Shown: in pieces, positions 43,192-53,567 of the stretch
Numbering within the stretch: the first letter of the stretch is position 1
Layout: every line of letters starts with the position of its first letter
From: Thermoleophilia bacterium
GTDB lineage: Bacteria; Actinomycetota; Thermoleophilia; Gaiellales; JAICJC01
Length of the DNA: 64,000 nt
Reading direction: 5' to 3'
Assembly: GCA_025934255.1 (NCBI GenBank)
Contig: JAICYJ010000010.1
Span: 6,379-70,378 of the forward strand
The notes under the pieces: model-generated
What the model was told of the DNA's origin: nothing
What the model saw: the letters and a program-made list of their open reading frames with translations, nothing else
Database searches by the model: none
Program-made: the position numbers and the translations under genes

Positions 43192-44622
43192 GTGAAGCGC
43201 ACCATCGAACGCGAGATCAAGCTGCGGGCGGGCGCCGGGTTCGCGCTGCCCCGCGGGCTGGGCGATCCGCTGGCCCCGCGGAGCTTCTCCTCGACGTATC
43301 ACGACACCTCCGACCATCGCCTGGCGGCGTCGGGGTTCACCCTCCGCTACCGGGCCGAGCACGGCTCCGGCGCCTGGCAGCTGAAGCTGCCGCGTAACGG
43401 TAACCGGCTGGAGCTCGAGCTGCCGGGCTCGCCCGAGTCGGTGCCGCCGCCGTTCGGGGACCTGCTGGCGGCGACCACGCGCGGCCGGCCGCTGGCTCCG
43501 GTGGCGACGCTCGACACGACCCGGCAGGGGATAATCGTTCGCGACAGCGGCCGCGACCTGGCCGAAGTGGTGATCGACGAGGTGGTGGTGTCCCGCAGCG
43601 GCCGGCGCGTATCGCGTATCGACGAGCTCGAGGTGGAGCTGGTCGACGGCGACGACGCGTCGTTGCAGCGGATCGAGCGGGCGCTGCGTGCCGCCGGCGC
43701 ACTCGACGCCGATGAGCGTCCGAAGCTGTTCCGGGCGCTCGGCCTCGTCCGCCCCGAGGGCAAGCCGCCACGTCGCAAGGCAAAGCCGATGAAGCACCTC
43801 ACCGCAATGCTGGAGGCGCAGTACCGGGCGATCCTCCAGCACGACCCGGGCACGCGGCTGGGCAGCGACCCGGAGGAGCTGCACCAGCACCGCGTCGCCA
43901 TCCGCCGGCTGCGCGCCCTCCTGCAGGCGGCGAAGCCGATGCTCGACGCGGAATGGGTCAAGGACGTGCGCCGTGAGCTGGCCTGGGCCGGCCGCGCGCT
44001 CGGCGAGGTGCGCGACCTGGACGTGCTGCTCGGGCACCTCGACCAGGATGCTCAGCACCTCCCGGTCGAGCAGCGCCACGCCTTCGACACGCTGACCGTG
44101 GCCATCACGTCGCGGCGCGAGGAGGCGCGCAAGCGGATGCTGACGACCCTCCGCGCACAGCGCTACATGCGCCTGCTCGACCGCCTCGAGGGCGAGCTGG
44201 TCGCGCCCCCCTCGGGCGACGAGCAGCCGTCGCTGGAGCGGATCGCGGGCGACGAGTTCGAGCGTCTGGCGCGCGAGATGGCCGAGCTGGGCCCGAACCC
44301 CGCGGACACGGCGCTGCACGAAGCCCGCAAGACCGCCAAGCGCGCCCGCTACGCGGCCGAGCTGGCCGAGCGGGCACGGGGGCGCAAGGCCAAGCGGTTC
44401 ATCGCCGCAACCAAGCAGCTGCAGGACGTGCTCGGCGACCACCAGGACGCCGCGGTCGCCGAGCGCACGATCCACGAGCTGGCCGAGGGCGCCTCGTCCC
44501 AAGCCGCATTCGCCGCCGGCATGCTGGCCGAGCGCCAGCGCGAGCGGCGCCGCGTCGCGCGCGCCGCCTATCCGCAGGCGTGGAAGGCTGTACGCAAGCG
44601 CGGCCGGGCCGCCTGGTCGTGA
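43192..44622 (+). CDS. CYTH-CHAD two-domain protein (triphosphate tunnel domain plus polyphosphate-granule-associated CHAD)
   Basis: CYTH region TIEREIKLRA…TYHDT. CHAD region ELHQHRVAIRRLRALLQ and …LHEARKTAKRARYAAE…. TACACT (43177-43182) sits 9 nt before GTG 43192. Confidence 0.8.
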   Translation: MKRTIEREIKLRAGAGFALPRGLGDPLAPRSFSSTYHDTSDHRLAASGFTLRYRAEHGSGAWQLKLPRNGNRLELELPGSPESVPPPFGDLLAATTRGRPLAPVATLDTTRQGIIVRDSGRDLAEVVIDEVVVSRSGRRVSRIDELEVELVDGDDASLQRIERALRAAGALDADERPKLFRALGLVRPEGKPPRRKAKPMKHLTAMLEAQYRAILQHDPGTRLGSDPEELHQHRVAIRRLRALLQAAKPMLDAEWVKDVRRELAWAGRALGEVRDLDVLLGHLDQDAQHLPVEQRHAFDTLTVAITSRREEARKRMLTTLRAQRYMRLLDRLEGELVAPPSGDEQPSLERIAGDEFERLAREMAELGPNPADTALHEARKTAKRARYAAELAERARGRKAKRFIAATKQLQDVLGDHQDAAVAERTIHELAEGASSQAAFAAGMLAERQRERRRVARAAYPQAWKAVRKRGRAAWS

Positions 44623-45041
44623 TCCTGCTGATCCGGCACGGTCGGGCCGGGAAGCGCAGTGCCTGGGCCGGTGACGACAGCCTGCGGCCGCTGGACAGAA
44701 AGGGCCGCCGGCAGGCGGCGGCGCTGCCCGCGCTGCTGGCCGGCTTCGGCATCGACCGCATCCTCAGCAGCCCCTACCGGCGCTGCGTGGAGACGGTCGA
44801 GCCGCTGGCGACAGACCTCCATCTCGACGTCGAGCAGCGCGCAGAGCTGGCCGAGGGCGCCGACGCGGTGGACGTCGGCCGCCTGCTGAACGAGGTCGGC
44901 CGCACGCCGGTCGCGCTGTGCACCCACGGAGACGTGATCGCCGGACTGATCGGCGCGGAACGCAAGGCCGAGAAGGGGTCGGTGTGGGTGATCGAGGCCG
45001 CGCATCGCAGCCCCGTGCAATACCTGGTTGATCCGAGCTAG
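44619..45041 (+). CDS. SixA-like histidine phosphatase-superfamily protein
   Basis: GTGA overlap with the CHAD gene stop. LLIRHGRAG… (RHG motif), …SSPYRRCVETV…, …LCTHGDV…. Confidence 0.7.
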   Translation: MILLIRHGRAGKRSAWAGDDSLRPLDRKGRRQAAALPALLAGFGIDRILSSPYRRCVETVEPLATDLHLDVEQRAELAEGADAVDVGRLLNEVGRTPVALCTHGDVIAGLIGAERKAEKGSVWVIEAAHRSPVQYLVDPS

Positions 45042-45922
45042 GCGGCCTGCAGCTCGGACAGCAGCTGGCCGGCCAGGCCCTCGCGCAGGCCTGCTCGCGC
45101 CACCTCGAAGGGAACGCCCAGCCGCTCCTGCACCTCGGCCAGGATCACCGCACCGGCCAGCAGCGTGCGGACGCGTCGCAGGTCGATGGCGTGCTTGCGG
45201 GCGAGCTTGGCCGGCGATCGGCCGACCAGCATCTCGATCGCCTCCTGCAGCTCGTCGCGCCCCAGCGTGCGGCCGACCAGCTTGCGCAGCGCGCGGGCGC
45301 TGCCGCCCGCCGCCAGCGCCACGTCCGGCGTGGCATCGCCGATCTGCTCCAGGTGCATCCGCACCTCGGCGCGGGCGGCGCGCACGCTCGACCGCTGGCC
45401 GGTGCCGTCGGGAAAGAAGCGGCTGGACAGGCGCAGCGAGCCGAGATCGATCGAGTCCACCCAGTCCGGCTCGATCCAGCGGCCGCCGAAGGCGACCTCC
45501 GTCGACCCGCCGCCGACGTCGCAGACGGCGATCAGCCCCGGCAGCGCTCCGGCGGCGGCCACCGCGCCCAGGTAGGCGAAGCGGCCCTCGCTCTTGGCCG
45601 ACAGCACCCGCGGCGCCACGCCCACGGCTCCCTGCAGCACGCCCAGCAGGTCATCGGCGTTCGCGCTCTGACGCCCCGGCGCCGTCACCACGACCTCCAG
45701 CCGCTCGCAGTCCAGCCGGCGGGCCAGCTTTGCGTAGTCGCGCGCCGCCCGCGCTGTCTCCGCCAGCTTGGCGTCGGTGATGCGGCCGCGCCGCTCGATC
45801 GTCTCGCCCAGGCCGACCTGGCGCCGCGCCTCGTGCAGCGGATACACCAGCCCGCCGGCGTCGCGTTCTGCGGCCAGCAACCGCACCGTGTTCGAGCCCA
45901 CGTCGATGATGCCGATCTTCAT
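45038..45922 (-). CDS. Ppx/GppA-family phosphatase (short, N-terminal ASKHA domains only)
   Basis: MKIGIIDVGSNTVRLL… and …VCDVGGGSTE…. 294 aa. Confidence 0.8.
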   Translation of the reverse strand: MKIGIIDVGSNTVRLLAAERDAGGLVYPLHEARRQVGLGETIERRGRITDAKLAETARAARDYAKLARRLDCERLEVVVTAPGRQSANADDLLGVLQGAVGVAPRVLSAKSEGRFAYLGAVAAAGALPGLIAVCDVGGGSTEVAFGGRWIEPDWVDSIDLGSLRLSSRFFPDGTGQRSSVRAARAEVRMHLEQIGDATPDVALAAGGSARALRKLVGRTLGRDELQEAIEMLVGRSPAKLARKHAIDLRRVRTLLAGAVILAEVQERLGVPFEVARAGLREGLAGQLLSELQAA

Positions 45923-46002
45923 CTGTCTGCATTGTCACAACCCCCTCGGACGCTGGGGAGGGCGCACGGTGACGACTCGGTGAACATGTGGTGAACCTGC
46001 GG

Positions 46003-48102
<2,100 letters not shown>

Positions 48103-48186
48103 CCAGCAATCGTACTCCGGGTGCTGGATCCTGGCGATCACCTGGTTTCAGCATCTTCGACCCCTGATCGCTCTAGACTGGCGCCA

Positions 48187-48723
48187 ATGGAGCGGTTGCT
48201 GACACGGGTCAGCTCGGCAGAACGCACCCCGGCCGCCGGCTCCGCCGCGACCGCCGCGGCGGCGCTGTCCGCGGCGCTCGTCACCAAGGTCGCCCGGCGC
48301 TCGCGCGAGGTGTGGCCCGAGGCCGGCGGCGCGATCGCCCAGGCGGCGGCGCTCGACTCCCGCCTCTGGGTCAACGCCGCGGCGCTGGAGATGTCGTACG
48401 AGGCGGCCACCGATGCGCTGGAGACGAGCAATCAACCGCGCATCGCGGAGACGCTGCCGCAGGCCGCCGAGGACTCGCTGGAGCTGGCCCGGATCGCCGC
48501 CGATCTGGCCGAACTGGCGCTCGAGGCCGGCCATCGCTGCGACCAGGCCCACCACGCAGATATGACGGTGGCGGCCGTGCTGGCCGAGGCGGCGGCCCGT
48601 GCCGGGGCGCTGCTGGTGGCGGTGAACCTGCTCAGCCGCACCGACGACAGCCGCTCATCCGAGGCGCGGCTGCTGGTGACCCGGGCGGAGAGTGCGGCCG
48701 AAACCCTTGCCAGCGAGAGGTAA
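48187..48723 (+). CDS. Cyclodeaminase/cyclohydrolase (FTCD C-terminal-like) helical protein
   Basis: …TPAAGSAATAAAALSAALVTKVARRS… is the typical N-terminal motif of the family. TAGACT (48174-48179) sits 7 nt before the ATG. Confidence 0.65.
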   Translation: MERLLTRVSSAERTPAAGSAATAAAALSAALVTKVARRSREVWPEAGGAIAQAAALDSRLWVNAAALEMSYEAATDALETSNQPRIAETLPQAAEDSLELARIAADLAELALEAGHRCDQAHHADMTVAAVLAEAAARAGALLVAVNLLSRTDDSRSSEARLLVTRAESAAETLASER

Positions 48724-49296
48724 ATGGAGTTTCATCAACGTATGACGGCGCTCAGCACGGCCACGGATGCCGGCCTCGTCGCCCGTTGCCGGGACGGCGA
48801 TGACGACGCCTGGGAGGAGCTGGTGCGCCGATTCTCGCGCTACGTGCTGGCGATCGCCCAGCAGGCCTACCGGCTGTCGCCGGCCGATGCCGAGGACGTG
48901 TTCCAGGAGGTGTTCGCGCGCACCTACGAGCGGCTGGGCGACCTCCGCAACGACGAGGCGGTACGGCCCTGGATCGCGCAGCTGACGCGCCGGCTCTGCA
49001 TCGACCGGATCCGCGCCGGCACGCGGGAGGCAGCCGACCCCGAGGCGCTGGAAGCGGGCGTCGACGACAGCCTCGACCAGCTCGACGAGGCGCTGTCGGT
49101 GCAGGAGGCGATGCTGGCGATGCCGGACAACTGCCGCGACATCCTCGATCGCTTCTTCCGCCGCGACGAAAGCTACGCCGTGATCGGAACCGCGCTGGGC
49201 CTGCCATCCGGGACGATCGCCAGCCGCATCTCGCGCTGCCTCGGCAAACTTCGTGACCAACTCGAGGGAAGAGAACATGCCCGTCCCCCGTCATGA
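48724..49296 (+). CDS. ECF-type sigma-70 family sigma factor
   Basis: Starts directly after the upstream TAA. Region 2: …DAWEELVRRFSRYVLAIA…AEDVFQEVFARTY…. Region 4: SYAVIGTALGLPSGTIASRISRCLGKLR. Confidence 0.8.
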   Translation: MEFHQRMTALSTATDAGLVARCRDGDDDAWEELVRRFSRYVLAIAQQAYRLSPADAEDVFQEVFARTYERLGDLRNDEAVRPWIAQLTRRLCIDRIRAGTREAADPEALEAGVDDSLDQLDEALSVQEAMLAMPDNCRDILDRFFRRDESYAVIGTALGLPSGTIASRISRCLGKLRDQLEGREHARPPS

Positions 49297-49543
49297 GTAT
49301 GAGATGTACGACGAAGAGCGCATAGGAGCACTGCTGCGGGCGATGCCCCAGGCCCCCGAGGCCTGGGTGCTGACGGCCGCACGGCTTCCCGCTACACGCC
49401 GCGCGATCGAGCAGATCGCGGCGCTGGCGGGGGCCGACGCGACATTCCGGTCGCAGACCCTCGAGGATCTCGAGGGAGCGCTCGCGCGGGCAGGTCTCGA
49501 GGCCAGCCCCGCCCTCGTCGAACACCTTCGCGATCGCCTGTGA
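49277..49543 (+). CDS. Hypothetical 88-aa cytoplasmic protein (candidate sigma partner)
   Basis: GAGGGAAGAG lies just before ATG 49277, and the ORF overlaps the sigma gene 3' end by 20 nt. It has no TM segment, no Cys and no HxxxCxxC motif. Confidence 0.5.
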   Translation: MPVPRHEYEMYDEERIGALLRAMPQAPEAWVLTAARLPATRRAIEQIAALAGADATFRSQTLEDLEGALARAGLEASPALVEHLRDRL

Positions 49544-50373
49544 GCGACGCCGCAGACGACGCCCCCGAAGAACTGCCCGCCTGGAGCCTGACGGCCGACC
49601 AGGCGGCCAAGCTGCGTGATCCCGCGTGGCCGTCGCGGTTCACGCGCGAGTGGGCCTGGGGCGGCTCCACCGGCAAGGGCGTGCGGGTCGCCATCGTGGA
49701 CAGCGGCGTCGACCCCGACCACCCGCTGGTCGGCCAGGTGCAGCAGGCGGTCACGATCGGCGACCCCGACAAGGTCGAGGTGCTGGCCGACACCGAGGGC
49801 GACCTGTGCGGCCACGGCACCGCCTGCGCCGGGATCGTGCGGTCGATCGCACCCGACTGTGAGATCGTGAGCGTGCGCGTGCTGGGCGCCGGCTACACCG
49901 GCAGCGGCCCGGTGCTGATGGCCGGCCTGGAGTGGGCCGTCGACGAGAAGTTCGACCTGATCAACATGAGCCTGTCCACGACCAAGCGGCAGTTCTCGGA
50001 GTTCCTGCACGAGCTGGCCGACGACGCCTACTTCAACAACACCATGATCGTGGCCTCGGCGCACAACATGCCGGTCGAGAGCTACCCGTGGCGGTTCTCG
50101 TCGGTGCTGTCCGTGGGCAGCCACGATCAGCAGGGCCCGCTCACCTTCTTCTACAACCCCGACCCGCCGGTCGAGTTCTTCGCTCCCGGCCTCGACCTGG
50201 ACGTGCCCTGGATCGGCGGCTCAACGCTGCGCTGCAGCGGCAACAGCTTCGCGACCCCGCACATGACCGGCATCTGTGCCCTGATCCTGGGCAAGCACCC
50301 CGAGCTGACCCCGTTCCAGCTGAAGAGCGTGCTGCACGGGACCGCGACGAACGTGGAGGAGGCGGCACCGTGA
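49540..50373 (+). CDS. S8 (subtilisin-like) serine peptidase, compact, with no signal peptide
   Basis: GTGA overlap with the upstream stop. Catalytic triad motifs VAIVDSGVD (Asp), GHGTACAG (His) and GNSFATPHMTG (Ser). The N-terminus is acidic rather than hydrophobic. Confidence 0.8.
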   Translation: MSDAADDAPEELPAWSLTADQAAKLRDPAWPSRFTREWAWGGSTGKGVRVAIVDSGVDPDHPLVGQVQQAVTIGDPDKVEVLADTEGDLCGHGTACAGIVRSIAPDCEIVSVRVLGAGYTGSGPVLMAGLEWAVDEKFDLINMSLSTTKRQFSEFLHELADDAYFNNTMIVASAHNMPVESYPWRFSSVLSVGSHDQQGPLTFFYNPDPPVEFFAPGLDLDVPWIGGSTLRCSGNSFATPHMTGICALILGKHPELTPFQLKSVLHGTATNVEEAAP

Positions 50374-51065
50374 GCGACGATCCCATGATGGTGGCGGTGG
50401 CGGCCGGCGTGCTCTCGGCCGACGATGCCCATCGCGCCCTGCTGAACTCGGTCGCCGAGACCGCGCGCGCGATCTTCGGCGCCAAGGCAGCCTCGATCTT
50501 CCTCTACGACGAGCGCACCGACGAGCTGGTGTTCGAGGCGGTGGCCGGGTCGGGGGCCGATACCCTGATCGGGCGGCGGCTGCCGTCAAGCGCAGGCATT
50601 GCAGGCTGGGTGCTGGTCACCCGCCAGCCGCTCGTGATCGAGGACGTTCGCGCCGACCCCCGGTTCGCGCAGGACGTGGCCGAGGACACGGGCTACGTGC
50701 CCAAGGGCATCATGGCGGTGCCGTTGCTGCACCAGGAGCGTTCGCTGGGTGTGCTGGAGGTGCTCGACCGGCCGGCCAACGCCAAGTTCACGCTGGCGGA
50801 GATGGATCTGCTGGGCCTGTTCGCGAACCAGGCTGCGATCGCGCTCGACCTGACCCAGCGCTCACGCCGTGCCAGAGAAGCGCTGGAGGGCGGCGACCCG
50901 GCCTACGCGGCCGTGGCCACCGTGGCCCGGCGCCTGGACGAGATGGGCGCCGACTCGGCGGCCGTGCGGCGGCTGCTGGAAGCCCTGGCCGACGTGCTCG
51001 GCCCGGCAGACGGCGATGCCGAGTCAGCCGCCGAGCGGCCGATGCGCCGCCGGCGCCGCGCCTGA
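50370..51065 (+). CDS. GAF-domain protein with a C-terminal helical tail
   Basis: GTGA overlap with the S8 gene stop. …ASIFLYDERTDELVFEAVAG…GIAGWVLVTRQPLVIEDV..DPRF…MAVPLL…LGVLEVLD… is the GAF pattern. Confidence 0.75.
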   Translation: MSDDPMMVAVAAGVLSADDAHRALLNSVAETARAIFGAKAASIFLYDERTDELVFEAVAGSGADTLIGRRLPSSAGIAGWVLVTRQPLVIEDVRADPRFAQDVAEDTGYVPKGIMAVPLLHQERSLGVLEVLDRPANAKFTLAEMDLLGLFANQAAIALDLTQRSRRAREALEGGDPAYAAVATVARRLDEMGADSAAVRRLLEALADVLGPADGDAESAAERPMRRRRRA

Positions 51066-51093
51066 TCCGGGGCCGAACGCCCCACGGGACCAT

Positions 51094-51132
51094 GCAAAAG
51101 GGGGCCCGGCCTCTGGCCGAGCCCCCTTTTGC
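51094..51132. terminator. Bidirectional intrinsic-terminator-like hairpin between convergent genes
   Basis: GCAAAAGGGGGC…GCCCCCTTTTGC, a 12-bp perfect stem. The loop region can add about 5 more base pairs. A T4 run sits in the descending arm on either strand. Confidence 0.7.
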
Positions 51133-51140
51133 AGGAGTGC

Positions 51141-51371
51141 TTACATGCGGTGGCGGTGAGCCTCGACGTCGGGCTCGGTCGCGTCCTGCGTGCCCTCGTC
51201 GCTGGCGTGGCGGTGGCGATGGCGATGCCGATGCGCCTCGACGTCCGGCTCCGTCGACTCCTTGGAGTCGTCCTTGCCCTCATCCGCAGCGTGGCGATGG
51301 CGGTGAGCTTCCACGTCGTCCTTCGACGCGTCCTCGTCCTGCGCCTTGCGATGGTGCTCGTACTCCGACAT
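51141..51371 (-). CDS. 76-aa His/Arg-rich acidic repeat microprotein (three copies of DVEAHRHR(H))
   Basis: GGAGGA lies 6 nt before ATG 51371. Sequence: MSEYEHHRKAQDEDASKDDVEAHRHRHAADEGKDDSKESTEPDVEAHRHRHRHRHASDEGTQDATEPDVEAHRHRM. By my count it has 12 His, 9 Arg and 22 Asp/Glu. Confidence 0.65.
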   Translation of the reverse strand: MSEYEHHRKAQDEDASKDDVEAHRHRHAADEGKDDSKESTEPDVEAHRHRHRHRHASDEGTQDATEPDVEAHRHRM

Positions 51372-51484
51372 TCGGGGTCCTCCTGCTTGTTGGGCGAACA
51401 CGAAAAACTGAACACATGACGGATCAGCGCACAGAAATCTTCCCACATGCCTTCACAAATGCAAGAACGTGATGAAATGGCGCC

Positions 51485-53137
51485 GTGCCCGGCCGCCTGA
51501 CCGACTCCACCCGCGCGTTCCGCGAGGCCTTCTCCAGCAAGGGGCTGCGCAGGCTGCAGCTGGCGCTGGCCGGATCGGTGATCGGCGATTGGGCGTTCAG
51601 CATCGCGCTGGCCGTCTACGCGTACGACGCGGGCGGCGCGAAGGCGGTCGGGCTGCTGGCGCTGGCGCGCTGGACGCTGGCGGCCTTCGCGGCGCCGTTC
51701 CTGTCGGTGCTGGCCGACCGCTACCGCCGCCGCTCGGTGATGCTGGCCTCCGACTCGATCCGCCTGCTGGCGACCGCCGGCGCGGCGGTGGCCGTGTGGA
51801 CGTCGGCCCCGGCGGTGATCGTGTACGCAGCGGCGCTGATCGTGACCGCGGTCTCCACCGCCTTCCAGCCGGCCCAGACGGCGCTCTTGCCGTCGCTGAC
51901 CTCCTCGCCGGAGCAGCTGACGGCGGCCAACGTCGTCACCAGCACCATCGAGAGCGTCGGCACGTTCCTAGGCCCGGCTCTGGGCGGCCTGATGCTGGTC
52001 TGGGCCGGCACCGGCACCGTGATGGCGATCGACTCGCTGACGTTCGCCTGGTCGCTGGTGATGCTGTCGGGCATCCCCCGCGGTGAGCGCCCGATCAGGG
52101 AGGCGGAGGCGGCGGGCATCCTGGCGGAGGTGGGCGAGGGCTTCGCCGCGGTCGGCAGCAACCCCCGCATGCGGCTGATCATGGGGCTGTTCGGCGCACA
52201 GGTATTCGTGTCCGGGGCGATCAGCGTGCTGATCGTGGTGATGGCGCTGCAGCTCCTGCACATGGGGCAGTCCGGCGTCGGCCTGCTGAACGCCGCCATC
52301 GGCGTGGGTGGGGTGCTGGGCAGCGTGGTCGCCGCCGCGCTGGTCGGCCGAGGCCGCCAGTCCCTCAACTTCGCGGGCGGGCTGGTGCTGTGGGGCGTTC
52401 CGATCGCGCTGGTCGCGGCGTTCACGAACTCCGGATTCGCGCTGGCGATGCTGGTCGTGGTCGGGATCGGGAACGTGCTCGTCGACGTGGCCGGGCTGAC
52501 GCTGCTGCAGCGGGTCGCTCCGGACGACGTGCTGGGCAGGGTGTTCGGCGTGCTCGAGACGGTGTTCTCGCTGGCGGTCGGCCTGGGTGGAGCGGCGGCG
52601 CCGCTGATGATCGACCTGATCGGGATCCGCGGCGCGCTGGTGGCGACCGGGGCGCTGCTGCCGGTGCTGGTGGTGATCACGTGGCCGATGCTGATCCGCC
52701 TCGACGTCGGCGTGCTGCTGCCGGAGCGGGTGGCGCTGATGCGCGGCGTGCCATTCCTGGAGCCGCTGGCGGAGGCCACGCTGGAACGGATCAGCGGCCT
52801 GCTGGAGCCGGTGGCCGTGGCCGCCGGCGAGGCGGTGTTCGACCAGGGCGACGCAGGCGACCGCTTCTACCTGATCGAGTCGGGCGAGGCCTCGGTCGTG
52901 CAGGACGGAACGGAGGTGACCCGGCTAGGTGAGGGCGGCTACTTCGGCGAGATCGCGCTGGTGCAGGACATCCCGCGCACGGCGACGGTGCGGGCGACCA
53001 GCGAGCTGGCGCTGCTGGCGCTCGACCGCGACGAGTTCATCGCGGCGGTGACAGGGCACGCGCCCAGCCGCGAGGCGGCGGACGCGGTCATCTCGTCGCG
53101 GCTGAGCGGGCTGCGAGCGGGCGTAGCGACCCTCTAG
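51485..53137 (+). CDS. MFS transporter fused to a C-terminal cyclic-nucleotide-binding (CAP_ED) domain
   Basis: About 12 TM segments, then …VPFLEPL…FDQGDAGDRFYLIESGEASV…LGEGGYFGEIALV…RTATVRA…. Confidence 0.8.
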   Translation: MPGRLTDSTRAFREAFSSKGLRRLQLALAGSVIGDWAFSIALAVYAYDAGGAKAVGLLALARWTLAAFAAPFLSVLADRYRRRSVMLASDSIRLLATAGAAVAVWTSAPAVIVYAAALIVTAVSTAFQPAQTALLPSLTSSPEQLTAANVVTSTIESVGTFLGPALGGLMLVWAGTGTVMAIDSLTFAWSLVMLSGIPRGERPIREAEAAGILAEVGEGFAAVGSNPRMRLIMGLFGAQVFVSGAISVLIVVMALQLLHMGQSGVGLLNAAIGVGGVLGSVVAAALVGRGRQSLNFAGGLVLWGVPIALVAAFTNSGFALAMLVVVGIGNVLVDVAGLTLLQRVAPDDVLGRVFGVLETVFSLAVGLGGAAAPLMIDLIGIRGALVATGALLPVLVVITWPMLIRLDVGVLLPERVALMRGVPFLEPLAEATLERISGLLEPVAVAAGEAVFDQGDAGDRFYLIESGEASVVQDGTEVTRLGEGGYFGEIALVQDIPRTATVRATSELALLALDRDEFIAAVTGHAPSREAADAVISSRLSGLRAGVATL

Positions 53138-53150
53138 CGCAGCCGTCAGC

Positions 53151-53459
53151 CTATTCCCAGCGGAAGTCCTGGTCGGTGGTTGTCTCAATCCAGGCGATGG
53201 GCTGGCCGTCCTCGGGCTCCTCCATCACGGGCATCGTCAGCGTGTCGGCGGGCATCTCCAGCGACACTGCGGGGTGCTCCCCCGTCTCCTCCTCCTCGGC
53301 GCGAGCCTCGGCCTCGGTCTTGAAGAGCGGGTGATTCTGGAACGGATCATGCACCGCGAACTCGTCGATCGGCATGTCGTCGTCCAGATGGCTGTTCTGG
53401 CGCTTGAGGGCGAGATGGTCCTCGATCACCGAGGAAAACAGCGAGCTACTACCGGTCAT
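53151..53459 (-). CDS. Hypothetical acidic cytoplasmic protein (102 aa)
   Basis: GGAGAGG lies 5 nt before ATG 53459. …SLFSSVIEDHLALKRQNSHLDDDMPIDEF… followed by a Glu-rich tail. Confidence 0.55.
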   Translation of the reverse strand: MTGSSSLFSSVIEDHLALKRQNSHLDDDMPIDEFAVHDPFQNHPLFKTEAEARAEEEETGEHPAVSLEMPADTLTMPVMEEPEDGQPIAWIETTTDQDFRWE

Positions 53460-53567
53460 GGACACCTCTCCGGACGCATGTCATTTGAACGTGGAACCCA
53501 ATCTGCGGGCGTGAATATAGCAGCCGCCTGTAATCCAGTCGTTAACATCTGGTTCGGGATTCCGGCA

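Noticed and set aside
51372-51484. CRP/FNR-type (TGTGA-N6-TCACA) or Zur/Nur-type boxes in the divergent region between the His-rich gene and the MFS-cNMP gene.
   Set aside because: Only partial half-sites are present (TCACA…GTGAT with the wrong spacing or orientation, and a single TGCAAG). No credible full site was found.
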